A stretch of DNA of 64,000 nucleotides from positions 1 through 64,000 of the IMG/VR virus record IMGVR_UViG_2784746744_000001, one strand, 5' to 3'. The notes beneath the pieces are model-generated. The model was not told the origin of the DNA. It ran no database searches and saw only the letters and a list, made by a program, of their open reading frames with translations. Below, in pieces: positions 17,402 through 27,103 of the stretch. Position numbers and translations under genes: made by a program. How positions within the stretch are numbered: position 1 is the first letter of the stretch; each line of letters begins with the position of its first letter. Source of the stretch: a virus.

Positions 17402-18648
17402 CTGTTTGCAGCCATTCTCGCGAGCGTTTCTGCGAAGTAATCATCCAGCCCAAGCTGTGTCAGTTGCGAGCGCATTTGCTCAATATTGCCCTCAGTCAAG
17501 TTGTTGATATCGAACGCCTTTGATACCTTATAGAGCTCCTCTTCTGCCCAGATCGGCATCGTTACCGGCACTCCAAGTACCTCGCGCAAGACGTCGCCTG
17601 CAGAACCAGACTTCGAATCTTTGGTCAACGCTACGGAATAAACCGATCCGCCTGAGGGTAAAATGTTGTTCGCGCTCTTATATCTCAAGGCGTATATCGA
17701 CGAATCGCGAACAGACGAAACGACAAAAGGACTGTGGGTGGCGACGATGAATTGCCCACTTGGAAACGCTTGCAGCAGATTTCCCATAAGTGTGCGTTGC
17801 ATAGAAGGGTGTAGGTGATTTTCTGGCTCGTCGATTAAGCAAACAAAATTCGTTCTTTTCCGTGAATATAAGAAAACCTGCCAGGCCAAGTCCAATATGG
17901 AGTGAAGTCCGCCCGATGCACCGTCTATAGGGAAGTCACCTGTGTCAGTAACAATGACTACATCAGGAACTCTAATGCTAAGTGTCCTGAAACCTAGGCT
18001 CTGAGGAAGAAGCTTGCCCAGAACATCCTTGAACGCTTCGTAGTCGGCCTCGATCTGAACGTTACGAGGAATGTTGGGGTTTCCTACCCCAAATGTCGCC
18101 ATTGATATCAGCGCCTCTTTCATCCGAAAGGCCGGCGAGGAGGCCGTGTAACTATTCGCGATCTTGTGCTTTATCTCCTCATCGTAGAGCGTGTACGCCT
18201 GCTCTGCAGACATAGGATTGCTCCTTATGACATCCACGGCTTGGTATGTTGGGATAAACCTGTGAGACGCGATGTACAGGCCGTCCAGAACTTGCGACCC
18301 TCGAGTATGATGCAAGTTATATGCCCCAGAGTCAGTGCCCAGAGCGTGTAATCCTGATTTTGTGCCGTCTGAGAACGTCACCATCCCAATGCGGTTTTGC
18401 TCGTCCATAGCGCGCTGGCCTTGCCTTTTGTCGCGATCGTTCGCGACGTATCGCACGGTACCATCGTCGTCGATGTGCGGCGTCGCCACCAGCAATTGAT
18501 TGAAGCCAAACATCATGCCCAAGGTCTTCAGGATGGTGCTTTTACCCGAACCATTTGCGCCGGCGATTACGGTGAGGCGAGGATGGAAATCAATGTTGAT
18601 GGAGGCGTATTGCCGCCAATTCTCAATCTCAAGGTTATTAAAAATCAC
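17398..18648 (-). CDS. ABC/OLD-type AAA_15/21 ATPase, PtuA-like (Septu-like defence)
   Basis: N-terminal Walker A GANGSGKST. Walker B FVCLIDEPENHLHP. 416 aa. Operon with the HNH gene. Confidence 0.7.
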   Translation of the reverse strand: MIFNNLEIENWRQYASINIDFHPRLTVIAGANGSGKSTILKTLGMMFGFNQLLVATPHIDDDGTVRYVANDRDKRQGQRAMDEQNRIGMVTFSDGTKSGLHALGTDSGAYNLHHTRGSQVLDGLYIASHRFIPTYQAVDVIRSNPMSAEQAYTLYDEEIKHKIANSYTASSPAFRMKEALISMATFGVGNPNIPRNVQIEADYEAFKDVLGKLLPQSLGFRTLSIRVPDVVIVTDTGDFPIDGASGGLHSILDLAWQVFLYSRKRTNFVCLIDEPENHLHPSMQRTLMGNLLQAFPSGQFIVATHSPFVVSSVRDSSIYALRYKSANNILPSGGSVYSVALTKDSKSGSAGDVLREVLGVPVTMPIWAEEELYKVSKAFDINNLTEGNIEQMRSQLTQLGLDDYFAETLARMAANR

Positions 18649-18781
18649 TTTTACACTCCGCGTTTAGAAGATGCTTATACCACGAGGAGATGCGTAGCTA
18701 GATCAAGTATTTGACGGATTGCTCGCTACGTCGCGACCGAAACCAGATAACACGAGTATCGACTTTGAAATGCGCAATAAG

Positions 18782-18797
18782 TTGACAAATTTGTAAA
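18782..18797. promoter_or_regulatory. copy of the 16-mer TTGACAAATTTGTAAA (type B operator/promoter) upstream of the HNH-AP2 gene
   Basis: Exact repeat of 6511-6526. Confidence 0.5.
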
Positions 18798-18859
18798 AAT
18801 AAGCATGATGCAATAACCATGCGCCGACCAAGCGCGACACCACGCCACAAGAGGAGACG

Positions 18860-19411
18860 ATGATGAAGGATGCCCATAGCCTTCAGTACCTGAAAGAATG
18901 CTTGAGATACAATCCAGAGACAGGCGCGCTCCACTGGCGAGAAGATCGTCCCAAACATCACTTCGACTTATCAAGAACACGCAATCGGTGGATTGGGCGT
19001 TTTGGTGGAAAGCAGATCACCTGCGTCGCGGAAAGCGGCTACATCGTGTTCAACTTGCGTGGCGTTGTCTACCTCGCTCATCGCGTAATCTTTGCGATGG
19101 AGAACAACATCGAGATGGCAGAACTGCCTGAGCAGATCGACCACAAAGACACGGTTCGCACCAACAACCGCCGAAGCAATTTGCGAGCGGCAGACGTTGT
19201 TAAAAACGCGCATAACATGTCCGTTCGTCGTGATAGCGCCTCCGGATACAAGGGCGTCACATGGGGCAAGCAGCGTCAAAAATGGCGAGCCACGATCCAG
19301 ATCGATGGAAAACAGAAGCATCTCGGATTCTATGAGGATCCGGCAGAAGCTCATGCCGCCTACATCAAGGCAGCAAATGAGAATTTCGGTCAGTTCGCGA
19401 GGGCAGCATGA
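18860..19411 (+). CDS. HNH homing endonuclease with AP2 DNA-binding domain
   Basis: HNH_3 motif YLAHRV...IDHKD...N. AP2 domain SGYKGVTWGKQRQKWRATIQ...FYEDPAEAHAAY. Confidence 0.7.
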   Translation: MMKDAHSLQYLKECLRYNPETGALHWREDRPKHHFDLSRTRNRWIGRFGGKQITCVAESGYIVFNLRGVVYLAHRVIFAMENNIEMAELPEQIDHKDTVRTNNRRSNLRAADVVKNAHNMSVRRDSASGYKGVTWGKQRQKWRATIQIDGKQKHLGFYEDPAEAHAAYIKAANENFGQFARAA

Positions 19412-20139
19412 TTAGTGAGTTCAATCCCGCTGAAATCGCTGGTGCCGGCCACAACCAAGATCCATTCGAGGCCCTCAAGCGGGAACTCGACGATCTCTAC
19501 GATGAGGCGAAAAACTTTTGTGACGGCGAGCCGATCGGATCGGAAGATATGGCGGAGGCCATTACCGAGTTGCACGACCGCATCCACGAATGCGGCACGC
19601 GTGCTGAGGCTCTCCGCGTTGCAGAGAAGAAGCCTCTGGACGAAAAGGTAGCGGCGATCCAGGCGAAATTCCATCCGCTGATCGGCAACACCAAGACAGG
19701 TAAGGGCAAGGTCGTGCTCGGCAAGGATGCTTGCCAATCCCTCCTCACGCCGTGGCGCAAGAGGGTTGCCGACGACAAGGCGGCAGAGGCTGCTGCGAAG
19801 GCCGCCGAGGCGGCCGCTGCCACAAAGGCCGCTGAAGAGGCGATACGATCTTCGTCCGGCAATCTCGGCGCCCGTGAATATGCCGAAGAACTGTTGGCCG
19901 ACGCGAAAAAGATGGAGCGCGGCGCCAAGCGTGCGGACAAGGCGGCAACCACTGGGACCGGCCTTCGTACTGTGTGGAACGTGAACATCTCAGACGAGAC
20001 GAAGGCGCTCGACTGGGCGTTTGAACACGCGCCGGGCGAGTTCATGGCGATGGCGCTTTCGCTGGCCGAGGAACAGGTTCGCAAGGGTGTGCGCTCGATC
20101 GAGGGGTTCTCGATCGTCGAAGACAAGGTAGCTCGTTAG
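19408..20139 (+). CDS. hypothetical protein with Ala/Glu/Lys-rich coiled-coil centre
   Basis: 243 aa, ATGA-coupled. Confidence 0.5.
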   Translation: MISEFNPAEIAGAGHNQDPFEALKRELDDLYDEAKNFCDGEPIGSEDMAEAITELHDRIHECGTRAEALRVAEKKPLDEKVAAIQAKFHPLIGNTKTGKGKVVLGKDACQSLLTPWRKRVADDKAAEAAAKAAEAAAATKAAEEAIRSSSGNLGAREYAEELLADAKKMERGAKRADKAATTGTGLRTVWNVNISDETKALDWAFEHAPGEFMAMALSLAEEQVRKGVRSIEGFSIVEDKVAR

Positions 20140-20357
20140 TGCGTGGGTGGTGGCGCGAGGTCGAACTCGTCCTTGAGCGGACGCGCCACCTCTTCGACCT
20201 GTCGAAGTAGTGAGATGCTGTTCTGATGATGGCCGATCGCAATGCCCCATCCGCCGCTACGCAGCGCACAAACGGTTAGCTCCGGGCAATCCCAGTCGGC
20301 TGCATAGCGGTCGACGATCATGCGCTGCAATTCTTCGGCGGTTCTCGTTGGCTTTTG
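20136..20357 (-). CDS. hypothetical small protein on the opposite strand
   Basis: Start MQKPT preceded by GGGAGG. Confidence 0.4.
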   Translation of the reverse strand, partial: QKPTRTAEELQRMIVDRYAADWDCPELTVCALRSGGWGIAIGHHQNSISLLRQVEEVARPLKDEFDLAPPPTH

Positions 20358-20436
20358 CATCGTGGCCTCCCGACCCAGCAATACGACACCACCCAACGCT
20401 CAACCAACGCGCTGGTTTCACCACAGAGGAGAGAAT

Positions 20437-21762
20437 ATGACGAGCACGACGATGCACGACGGAAGAGTCGTGCTGCATCAGGCCGACTGCCGCGACGCCT
20501 TGCGCAGTTTGGGCGACAACTCGATCGACAGTGTGGTCACAGACCCGCCGTATGCGTTGGTGTCGATCCAGAAACGCTTCGGAAAACCGGGCGCGGCGCC
20601 GGCCAAGGACGTTTATGGTCGCGGCGCGGCTGGGTTCATGGGCAAGCAGTGGGACACAGGTGAAGTCGCGTTTAGCGATGAGTTCTGGGTGGAAGTGTTG
20701 CGCGTTCTTAAACCGGGCGGCCATGTGGCAGCCTTTGGGGGCACACGTACCTATCATCGGATGGCCGTAGCAATCGAAGATGCGGGCTTCGAGATACGTG
20801 ACCAGCTTGGCTGGGTTTATGGATCGGGTTTCCCAAAATCACATAATCAGACCGGTGATTGGGAGGGTTGGGGCACTGCGCTCAAGCCAGCATGGGAACC
20901 AATCTGCCTCGCGCGAAAGCCTCTGGCCGGTACCGTGGCGGCAAACCTTGAGGAGTGGGGCGTCGGTGCGATCAATGTTGATAAGTGCCGCGTTGCGACG
21001 GAAGAAGCGTTGAGCGCCGGTGCCGGAAAGTTGTGGTCGTACTACCGTGAAGGCGAGGCAAGTGCAGACCGCAGATACAATGACGTGGGTGGCACTAGCT
21101 TCTCATTGAAGCCTGGTACTAGAGGCGGTGATCCTGCCGGCCGATGGCCAGCAAACATCCTGCACGACGGCAGCGACGAGGTACGCTCTGCTTTCCCAGA
21201 TGCGAAGGGTCAGCAGGGAGACCTGAACGGTCAGTCGAAAGACCGCAAGAGCAAAGGTATCTTTGGCGATATGCCTGCCGCTCGGCAGGCGTTGGCTCGC
21301 GTGGAGGCCGACACCTCAGCCGCGCGGTTCTTCTACTGCGCAAAGGCAAGTCGGGCCGATCGGGACGCCGGCCTTGAGCACCTGCCGAAGAAAACAGGCG
21401 GCATGGTTTCAAACACCTCGGGCCAACACATCACCCGACGTGATGCCGAATATAAGCCGGAGCCTCGAGCAAATACACATCCGACCGTCAAACCGATCAC
21501 CCTTATGCAGTGGCTCTGCCGCCTCATCACGCCGCCCAATGGTGTAGTTCTCGACCCTTTCATGGGCTCCGGATCGACGGGTAAAGCGGCTGTCCTTGAA
21601 GGTTTTCGGTTCGTGGGATGCGAGCGCGAGGAAGAATACATGCCGATTGCGTCATCTCGTATCGCGTGGGCAATCGGCGCAGCGGACAAATCGGAGCAAG
21701 CCCCAGTGATACGCGTCGCCAATGACAATCGGGAAGGTGATCTGTTCGGGGTGGCAGCATGA
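20437..21762 (+). CDS. DNA N6-adenine/N4-cytosine methyltransferase (beta-class, DPPY motif first). C-terminal ANDN-x-EGDLF tail
   Basis: DPPY at the N-terminus. AdoMet motif FMGSGSTG near the C-terminus. CcrM-like architecture. Confidence 0.85.
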   Translation: MTSTTMHDGRVVLHQADCRDALRSLGDNSIDSVVTDPPYALVSIQKRFGKPGAAPAKDVYGRGAAGFMGKQWDTGEVAFSDEFWVEVLRVLKPGGHVAAFGGTRTYHRMAVAIEDAGFEIRDQLGWVYGSGFPKSHNQTGDWEGWGTALKPAWEPICLARKPLAGTVAANLEEWGVGAINVDKCRVATEEALSAGAGKLWSYYREGEASADRRYNDVGGTSFSLKPGTRGGDPAGRWPANILHDGSDEVRSAFPDAKGQQGDLNGQSKDRKSKGIFGDMPAARQALARVEADTSAARFFYCAKASRADRDAGLEHLPKKTGGMVSNTSGQHITRRDAEYKPEPRANTHPTVKPITLMQWLCRLITPPNGVVLDPFMGSGSTGKAAVLEGFRFVGCEREEEYMPIASSRIAWAIGAADKSEQAPVIRVANDNREGDLFGVAA

Positions 21763-21989
21763 GCCCGGCCGAGATGGAGGCCGCTTGCAAAGACAGCCTT
21801 GCGGGTGCTGTTGAGTTTGGCCTGCCTGAGAACAGGGCTTGCGTGAACCTCGTCACGCCGCCAGGTTTCAAGCCGCCGCAGGGTTTCCCACGTGGGTACC
21901 TGCTGCAGGTGAAGGAAGACGGCCGGCGCATCAAGAGTTACCCGGCGCTGCGTGTGCTGGCATGGATCAGGAAGGCGGCGGCAGCATGA
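21759..21989 (+). CDS. hypothetical protein
   Basis: 76 aa, ATGA-coupled on both sides. Confidence 0.4.
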   Translation: MSPAEMEAACKDSLAGAVEFGLPENRACVNLVTPPGFKPPQGFPRGYLLQVKEDGRRIKSYPALRVLAWIRKAAAA

Positions 21990-22327
21990 CCTTTCATCCC
22001 ACCATGGTCGGCGGCGCGCCTGCTGTCTGCAACTGCTGCGGCCGCGCTGCCACGGGCGTCGGCATCGGCGATGCGAAGGAGCCACGATTCCTTTGTCAGG
22101 AGTGCGTGCTTATCCTCGAACAGATCAAGCGTGTTCGCAGGTTCGATCCTTACGAGCTTGAGGCACGCCTTGGCGGCATGGAAGCCGCTGGGCCGCTGGT
22201 CGATGAGTTCGGCAGTGACCTTGCTGAATGGAGCGAGGAGCAGGTGCTCATTTTCTGCGGCGCGATCTGGAAGGGCTGCGCTGACAAGTTGAGGGAAGTT
22301 ATCCGCGCCGGCCAACCACCATTCTAA
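21986..22327 (+). CDS. hypothetical zinc-ribbon protein (CxxC...CxxC)
   Basis: 113 aa. CNCCGRA...CQEC motifs. Confidence 0.4.
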   Translation: MTFHPTMVGGAPAVCNCCGRAATGVGIGDAKEPRFLCQECVLILEQIKRVRRFDPYELEARLGGMEAAGPLVDEFGSDLAEWSEEQVLIFCGAIWKGCADKLREVIRAGQPPF

Positions 22328-22384
22328 CCGACGACGCCACCAACGTCTCGGCACCACAACACACCACATCCAGAGGAGACTACC

Positions 22385-24433
22385 ATGACGCTACATTTCG
22401 CGCCGGATCCCGCACCCCCGCTCATCATCGACAGCTTCGCCGGCGGCGGCGGAGCATCAACCGGTATCGAGCTCGCGCTCGGTCGATCGCCGGACATTGC
22501 CGTGAACCACAATCCGGCGGCACTGGCGCTTCACGCTGCCAACCACCCCGATACGCTCCACCTGTCGGAGAACGTCTACAAGGTGGATCCGCTCGACTAC
22601 CTGCGCCGCAGACACGTTGGCCTCGCTTGGTTCTCGCCTGACTGCAAGCACTTCTCGAAGGCAAAGGGCGGCAAGCCGGTGGAGCGCAATATCCGCGACC
22701 TGTGCTGGATCATTCCCGGCTGGATCGAACGCATCCAGAAGAGCGGCGGCAAGGTCGACGTCGTCATCATGGAAAACGTCGAGGAGTTCAAGGATTACGG
22801 CCCACTGATGCAGACCGAGCGCGGCCTCATGCCTGACCCGGCACGCAAGGGCGAGACGTTCAAGGACTGGTGCAAGAAGCTACGCAAACTCGGTGGAAAG
22901 ATTGAGTTCCGCGAGCTCCGCGCCTGCGACTACGGCGCGCCGACGATCCGAAAGCGGCTCTTCGTCATCGTCCGCTTCGACGGCAAGCCAATCGTGTGGC
23001 CGGAGCCTACCCATGGCAAGCCAACGGATGCAGATGTCATCGCCGGCCGCAAGCTGGCATGGCGGACGGCCGCCGAGTGCATCGACTGGAGCCTGCCTTG
23101 CCCGTCGATCTTTGATACGTCGGAGCAGGTGATTGCTCGCCATAGTCTTCGCGCCGTACGTCCGCTGGCTGACGCCACCATGTCGCGTGTTGCACGCGGG
23201 ATGAAGCGGTACGTGCTGGATGCGGAGCGGCCGTTTTTGGTGTCGGTCGGCTGCAACACTGGCGAAGAGCGACGCGCATCCGACGGCTGGAAGCAACGCC
23301 ACGACGTAGCTGGCACGACCGCGCCACACCTGTCGGCTTTTTATGGTGAGGGTAAGGGCGGCAATGATCGCGCAGCGCCTGCGGACGAGCCTGTCCGTGT
23401 AATCTCGACGGCCAACCGGCATGCGCTCATCGCGCCCAACCTTATGAGCCTCAAGGGTAGCGCCCGGCGGGACAGCGCGGCGAACGATCCGCATCCAACC
23501 GTTCTGGCTGGCGGTGGTCACTCTGCAGTCATCGCTCCCGTTCTCAGCTATGCACAGCAGGGCGGCGCCAATCGGTCCGTAGAGGATCCGCACCACACCA
23601 TCTGCGCCAGCCTGAAGGATCAGAACGCGGTCATCATCCCGACGCTTGTTGGTTGCGGTGGCAGGGCCGGACAGTCACGCCCTCGCGGCTGTGACGAGCC
23701 GACCGCGACTATCACAGCGAAAGCGGACGGCTGCGTATCTATGGCGTTCATCGCGCAGCACAACAACGACAACCGTCGCATCGGCGGCGTGAACCCGGGC
23801 CGTGACGCCGGAGAACCCATGTCAACCGTCACAGCCACCGGTGCCCAGCAGGGCGTTGTCTCGGCGTTCGTTTCGCGTCAGTTCGGCGCTTCGATTGGAC
23901 ATGGCATTGAGGAGCCGTCGGCGACAATCACGGCAGGCGTCAACAAGTCGGCTCTCGTGGCGCCGTACCTGCAGGCCTACTATGGCACCGGCGACGGAGG
24001 TGAGGAGAACCAGCCAGCGCGGACCATCACCACGAAGGACCGTCACGGCCACGTCGAAGCCGCCCTGCAGGTTCCGCCCTTCACAGCGGAGCAGGAGGAT
24101 CGCGCCCGCGAAGTGGCAAACTTCATGCGCGAGCACGGCTTCTGGGACGATCGCGAGTTCGTCACGTTGTCGATCGGTGCCGACACGTTCGTCATCGTCG
24201 ATATCGGCATGCGCATGCTGACGCCCCGCGAGCTCTACAACGCGCAGGGATTCCCGTCGGACTATCGCATCGACGAGGATGCCGACGGCAACGCGTTCCC
24301 GAAGTCGGTTCAGGTCAGCTGCGTCGGCAACTCGGTCTCGCCGCCGGTGGCGCGTGCGCTGGTAGCGGCCAACTGCGAACACTTGGCTGCGGCGAATGAC
24401 AATGTCAGCGATGTGTCTCTTCGCGCCGCTTGA
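22385..24433 (+). CDS. DNA cytosine-5 methyltransferase with expanded variable region of about 7 tandem TRD-like repeats (multispecific-type architecture). C-terminal AANDN
   Basis: Motif I FAGGGG. PC motif SPDCKHFS. ENV. Motif VIII RKRLF. Motif IX LTPREL..QGFP. Motif X GNSVSP. 682 aa. Confidence 0.85.
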   Translation: MTLHFAPDPAPPLIIDSFAGGGGASTGIELALGRSPDIAVNHNPAALALHAANHPDTLHLSENVYKVDPLDYLRRRHVGLAWFSPDCKHFSKAKGGKPVERNIRDLCWIIPGWIERIQKSGGKVDVVIMENVEEFKDYGPLMQTERGLMPDPARKGETFKDWCKKLRKLGGKIEFRELRACDYGAPTIRKRLFVIVRFDGKPIVWPEPTHGKPTDADVIAGRKLAWRTAAECIDWSLPCPSIFDTSEQVIARHSLRAVRPLADATMSRVARGMKRYVLDAERPFLVSVGCNTGEERRASDGWKQRHDVAGTTAPHLSAFYGEGKGGNDRAAPADEPVRVISTANRHALIAPNLMSLKGSARRDSAANDPHPTVLAGGGHSAVIAPVLSYAQQGGANRSVEDPHHTICASLKDQNAVIIPTLVGCGGRAGQSRPRGCDEPTATITAKADGCVSMAFIAQHNNDNRRIGGVNPGRDAGEPMSTVTATGAQQGVVSAFVSRQFGASIGHGIEEPSATITAGVNKSALVAPYLQAYYGTGDGGEENQPARTITTKDRHGHVEAALQVPPFTAEQEDRAREVANFMREHGFWDDREFVTLSIGADTFVIVDIGMRMLTPRELYNAQGFPSDYRIDEDADGNAFPKSVQVSCVGNSVSPPVARALVAANCEHLAAANDNVSDVSLRAA

Positions 24434-24593
24434 TATCCAGATAGTTGAGCAGGTCGACCAGATCGTCGGCCTGCTCCATGTCCAGACCGTCTTGGAGAAC
24501 GCCTTTCACCTTCGCCGGTAGGCCAGTGAAGATGTCGAAGACCGTCCACGAACCATCATTCTCTTTGCGCATGTCATAGCGGTTCTTATGCAT
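24405..24593 (-). CDS. hypothetical small protein (62 aa) on the opposite strand
   Basis: Start MHKN preceded by GGAGG. Confidence 0.4.
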   Translation of the reverse strand: MHKNRYDMRKENDGSWTVFDIFTGLPAKVKGVLQDGLDMEQADDLVDLLNYLDIKRREETHR

Positions 24594-24614
24594 GCCGGTA
24601 CCTCCGGAGGGGTT

Positions 24615-26852
24615 ATGCCTGAACATAGCACATCGCTGCAGCCGCTTGAACTAGCGCAGCACTACACCAACGACTTCGGCTGGCCGGTTTTTCCGTGCCG
24701 GTCATCGTCTGTTGAGACGCACGATAGCACCACCGGCGAAATCATCACGCTTGGGGAAAAAACGCCTTTCACGACGAACGGCTTCAAGGGAGCAACGCAG
24801 TTTGCGCGTAACATCGCGAGATGGTGGGAAGACTGGCCGGATGCTGCGGTCGGCCTGCCGACTGGTACGAGAACAGGTTTCTTCGTTCTCGACATCGACA
24901 ACAAACCAGGCGGCGCCAATGGATTCGACTGGCTAGACGACATGGAAGCGGAGCACGGCCCGCTGCCAGACACCGCGCGCGTGACCAGCCCCAACGGCGG
25001 GCTGCACATCTATTTCAACTACGTCGCGGGCACTCGCAACCGCGGCGCTCTCGGTGCTGGCGTCGACATCCGGTCTGAGGGCGGCTACGTCCTCGCAGCT
25101 GGCAGCACAATGTCCAATGGTAGGCAGTACAGCTGGGTCGGAGACACGCGGGAGATTGCGGACGCGCCTGGCTGGCTGCTGGATCTGCTGTTGCCAAAGT
25201 CCGCCCCGACGCACAGCCATTATTCGGCATCGTCCTCAACGAATAACGCTTATGTTGATGCGGCGGTCGACCAAGAGCTTGCTGACCTTGCAAGCGCGCC
25301 AATGGGCAACCGTAACAACATGCTCAACGACACCGCTTTCGCGCTTGGCACGTTCGTCGGCGCGGGCGTCCTGTCCGAAGCGTCAGCAAGGGCGCAGCTG
25401 CAGGACGTCGCTCGCGGCTGGGGGAGGGACTGGACACGGTGCGTCAAAACGATCGAAAACGGTCTCAAGGCGGGCATCTTGCAGCCGCGTCATATTCCAG
25501 AGCCCCAGCAGGACAACACTCGGCTGGTCGACATGACCCGCATGATCCAGCGAGGGCTGGAGAAGGCGCGTGCCAAGGAGGCTGCCGTTGATGCGGACGC
25601 AGTGAGCGAGCCAGCAGCAGCAGCCGACAAGGAGCCCGAAGCCAAACCCCTTGAGCAAGAAAACACCGTGCCAACTGCCAGCAACGACAACCAGCCTCAG
25701 CAGCCTGTTGGCAGCATTGTCGCCACCGCCTTCAAGTGGATCGACCCATCCACGCTGCCCCGGCGCGAGTTTGCCTATGGCACGCACTTCATCCGGAAGT
25801 ACGTCTCGGTCACTGTCAGCCCGGGCGGCCTTGGCAAGACGTCAGCCAGCATCGCAGAATCATTGGCCATGGTCTCGGGCAGGGCATTGCTTGGCGTTAA
25901 GCCGCCACAGCGCCTGCGGACGTGGATATTCAACGCCGAAGATCCGCGCGACGAGTTGGAGCGGCGCATCATGGCGGCTTGCATCCATTACAATCTCAAG
26001 CCGGAAGACCTTGAGGGGCATCTGTTTCTCGACAGCGGCCGTGAGCAGGAGCTTGTCGTCGCCATCGAAGACAAGAAGGCCGGCGTTCGCATCCAGCAGC
26101 CGATCGTAGAAGCGGTGGTTGAGCAGATTGAGCGGTATGGCATCGATGTCATGATCGTGGACCCGTTCGTCTCGACCCACGGCGTCAACGAAAACGACAA
26201 CGGCGCCATCGACAAGGTCGCTAAACTCTGGGCGCAGATTGCCGATTACACGAACTGCAGCATCGACATCGTCCATCACCTGCGAAAGGTGGCGGACCGT
26301 GAGGCTACGGTCGAAGACGCACGAGGCGCTGTATCGCTGATCGGCGCGGCTCGCTCGGTGCGCGTGCTCAATCGGATGTCGGAAGAGCAGGCTGCAGAGG
26401 CTGGCGTGCCTTCTGCTGAGCGGTTCGGCTATTTCTACACGACCTATGGCAAGTCCAACCTGACGCCGCTGTCGCATCGTGCCGAGTGGCGGCACCTGGC
26501 GAGCGTGCCTTTGGGTAACGGGCGAGGGATGACCAAGCCGCAGGACTTTGCGCCGGTGGTGACGGAATGGAGGTGGCCCAGTGCAGAAGAGGTCGCTGGC
26601 GGCATCAGCGACGAGCAGCGGGCGGCGATCGTCACGGCCGTCGCCAACGCCGACTACAAGAAGTCGCCTAAGGCGAAGAACTGGGTAGGGGTAGCCGTGG
26701 CGTTCTCGCTTGGGTTGGACCTGGAGGACGAGCCCTCGAAGAAGCGTGTCAGCGGTCTTGTGCGCGCGCTCATCAAGGAAGGCGCTTTAGTCGAGAAGGA
26801 GGAGCGTGACCCGATCAGGCGGGAGACGGCAGTGTTTGTGCGGGCGGCTTAG
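24615..26852 (+). CDS. primase-helicase (bifunctional Prim-Pol N-terminal domain plus PriCT plus AAA_25/RepA-like P-loop domain). Linker has ASNDN
   Basis: Prim-Pol motifs (FVLDIDNK). PriCT-like NMLNDTAFALG. Walker A SPGGLGKTS. Confidence 0.8.
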   Translation: MPEHSTSLQPLELAQHYTNDFGWPVFPCRSSSVETHDSTTGEIITLGEKTPFTTNGFKGATQFARNIARWWEDWPDAAVGLPTGTRTGFFVLDIDNKPGGANGFDWLDDMEAEHGPLPDTARVTSPNGGLHIYFNYVAGTRNRGALGAGVDIRSEGGYVLAAGSTMSNGRQYSWVGDTREIADAPGWLLDLLLPKSAPTHSHYSASSSTNNAYVDAAVDQELADLASAPMGNRNNMLNDTAFALGTFVGAGVLSEASARAQLQDVARGWGRDWTRCVKTIENGLKAGILQPRHIPEPQQDNTRLVDMTRMIQRGLEKARAKEAAVDADAVSEPAAAADKEPEAKPLEQENTVPTASNDNQPQQPVGSIVATAFKWIDPSTLPRREFAYGTHFIRKYVSVTVSPGGLGKTSASIAESLAMVSGRALLGVKPPQRLRTWIFNAEDPRDELERRIMAACIHYNLKPEDLEGHLFLDSGREQELVVAIEDKKAGVRIQQPIVEAVVEQIERYGIDVMIVDPFVSTHGVNENDNGAIDKVAKLWAQIADYTNCSIDIVHHLRKVADREATVEDARGAVSLIGAARSVRVLNRMSEEQAAEAGVPSAERFGYFYTTYGKSNLTPLSHRAEWRHLASVPLGNGRGMTKPQDFAPVVTEWRWPSAEEVAGGISDEQRAAIVTAVANADYKKSPKAKNWVGVAVAFSLGLDLEDEPSKKRVSGLVRALIKEGALVEKEERDPIRRETAVFVRAA

Positions 26853-26918
26853 AGGGATGGCCGTCGCGGAAACGAGCACTATGTGGTGATAGTGAACATC
26901 CGGAGAGAGGACATTTCC

Positions 26919-27077
26919 ATGAAGAAAACTTTGACCACTTTGCTCGCGATGACTTTCGTCGCAGCAGCCTTGGCGTCGTGCGGCAACACAATTCGCGGCA
27001 TGGGGCAGGACACTGCAAATACCGTTGACGCTACTCAGAGTGCTGGCAGGCGCGTCGACCGCGCAGCAAGCTACTAA
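26919..27077 (+). CDS. entericidin EcnA/B-family small lipoprotein
   Basis: Lipobox LASC, then GNTIRGMGQDTANTVD typical of entericidins. Terminator follows at 27104-27140. Confidence 0.6.
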   Translation: MKKTLTTLLAMTFVAAALASCGNTIRGMGQDTANTVDATQSAGRRVDRAASY

Positions 27078-27103
27078 GCCAGAAGCGAAACCATTTCTAT
27101 ACG

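Noticed and set aside
22385-24433. Diversity-generating retroelement or reverse transcriptase near the repeat-containing methyltransferase
   Set aside because: No RT motif (YxDD) and no template or variable repeat pair were found at nucleotide level. The repeats are degenerate at protein level and look like tandem TRDs.
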